From the NCBI GenBank assembly GCA_028023455.1, contig JAQFVV010000004.1, forward strand, positions 17,546,001-17,610,000: 64,000 nucleotides of DNA, in the 5' to 3' direction. The stretch comes from Epiperipatus broadwayi. Taxonomy: Eukaryota > Animalia > Onychophora. The notes under the pieces are model-generated. The model did not search any database, was not told the DNA's origin, and saw nothing but the letters and a program-made list of their open reading frames with translations. Of the stretch, positions 62,900 to 64,000 are shown piece by piece. The translations under genes were made by a program, and so were the position numbers. Each line of letters begins with the position of its first letter. The stretch's first letter is position 1.

Positions 62900-64000
62900 A
62901 CTGAAAAATCTTATCCCTCTATTTATTTATATAAACTCTTAATGAATAGATTAAGCAGAACTAATAAAAAGTTGGATTAACCAAAAAAAAAAAAAAAAGA
63001 GTAAGGTCTGCAAAGTAGAGAACAAAGAAAGACGAAAAACATGGACTGGTCTTCATAACAGTTTAATACCAACAGAAGGTTCTCTAGGAGAATCTAGGCA
63101 AGTTTAGAGGCAATTCTTGGTCTTTATTATTATTATTTTGGTAGCCTTGAGTTTAATGTTAAAGGTAAATATTTATATTGCAAATATTCATATACAAAGT
63201 GTAAGATAATGGTATTACAGATTTTAGAATAATTAGTAATTAAATATAATTCCAACATGCTGTGCTCTGAGGGTCTTTTTCATTTGCAGTATGTTAATTG
63301 ATTTGTACTCTTAGTTATAATCATGATTGCATTAATTGCATTGCAAGTCCAAACATAGCATATTAATTGGCGCAGTTGGACAATCGAATATAGGACATAG
63401 TAACAATTTGTATCGAGACTGTTAGAGCACAAATAATCAGTGAGTTGAAATTAAAAGCTAGACAGGATGTAGGTAGATTAAAACTGTGAATGGCCAAGCC
63501 AATAGGGAAGAATATGCAACAGGACAGTTACAAATAGATGAATTTGACATTAATACCCCATCTGAGTGGCCCATTTATACAAATTATATAGATATTTTAT
63601 TGTTAATAAAATTAAACATGATGTAACAAAATTGTCACACTACTCCTATTAGAAGGACCAAGAATAATTGGGGTCACAAACTGGCTGAACTCGAAAATCA
63701 TGAAAGTCTGTCTTATATAAAATTGATCATGTGACAATAATCAATTTAGCCCTAAGACATCGAAGCACATAGCTCACCTTCATTTGTAAAATAGATGCCA
63801 AGTGAAGGGGGGAAGGGTTGCAGAAATTTCAAGACTACCTTGCAAGACTGGCAAGAAATTGTGCATATGGGGATTACTTAGAGTGTAAGGGATGAACGAT
63901 GACAGACTTCAATAATAGGTAATAGCTATTGCAAGCCTATAAAATATCTGGATGCCAACAAAAGAGGCAGGACTTATGAGTTATTACTGAGTAACTCTAA
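62900..64000 (+). mobile_element. 5' end of a decayed Ty3/Gypsy element: LTR (to ~63360), PBS, gag
   Basis: PBS TGGCGCAGTTGGACA at 63368-63382; gag SEWPIY...NQFSPKTSKHIAHLHL...LARLARNCAYGDYLE; LTR start uncertain. Confidence 0.8.

Noticed and set aside
1-64000. tRNA, rRNA or snRNA genes; remaining 60-110 aa ORFs in the track
   Set aside because: No cloverleaf, A/B-box pair or rRNA motif was recognised. The remaining ORFs are AT-rich chance frames or antisense to the exons and TEs listed above.

Overview
Very AT-rich animal genomic DNA, probably invertebrate (inference). One host gene runs through the window on the minus strand: a virilizer/VIRMA (KIAA1429) homolog, the scaffold of the m6A writer complex. 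I traced 15 GT-AG exons between 55600 and 856. They splice in frame to 1989 nt (663 codons) of the C-terminal part of the protein; the remaining exons lie outside both ends of the window. The large introns are filled with decayed mobile elements: several Penelope-like elements (PLEs), an APE-RT LINE with 3' fragments, five Ty3/Gypsy remnants (four share a lineage and PBS), several MITE-like inverted repeats, a ~2 kb repeat present twice in inverted orientation, and a short higher-order tandem repeat. The most notable signal is a non-coding, palindromic (head-to-head) element present at 1.3-2.0 kb and 62.3-62.9 kb. Its four arms each carry a damaged type-I hammerhead ribozyme, and together they reconstruct a canonical ribozyme with stem-I covariation. 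A 1 kb PLE-tail palindrome with an outward hammerhead relic at 34.7-35.9 kb has the same architecture. All homology calls come from by-eye motif recognition; no database searches or alignments were run.
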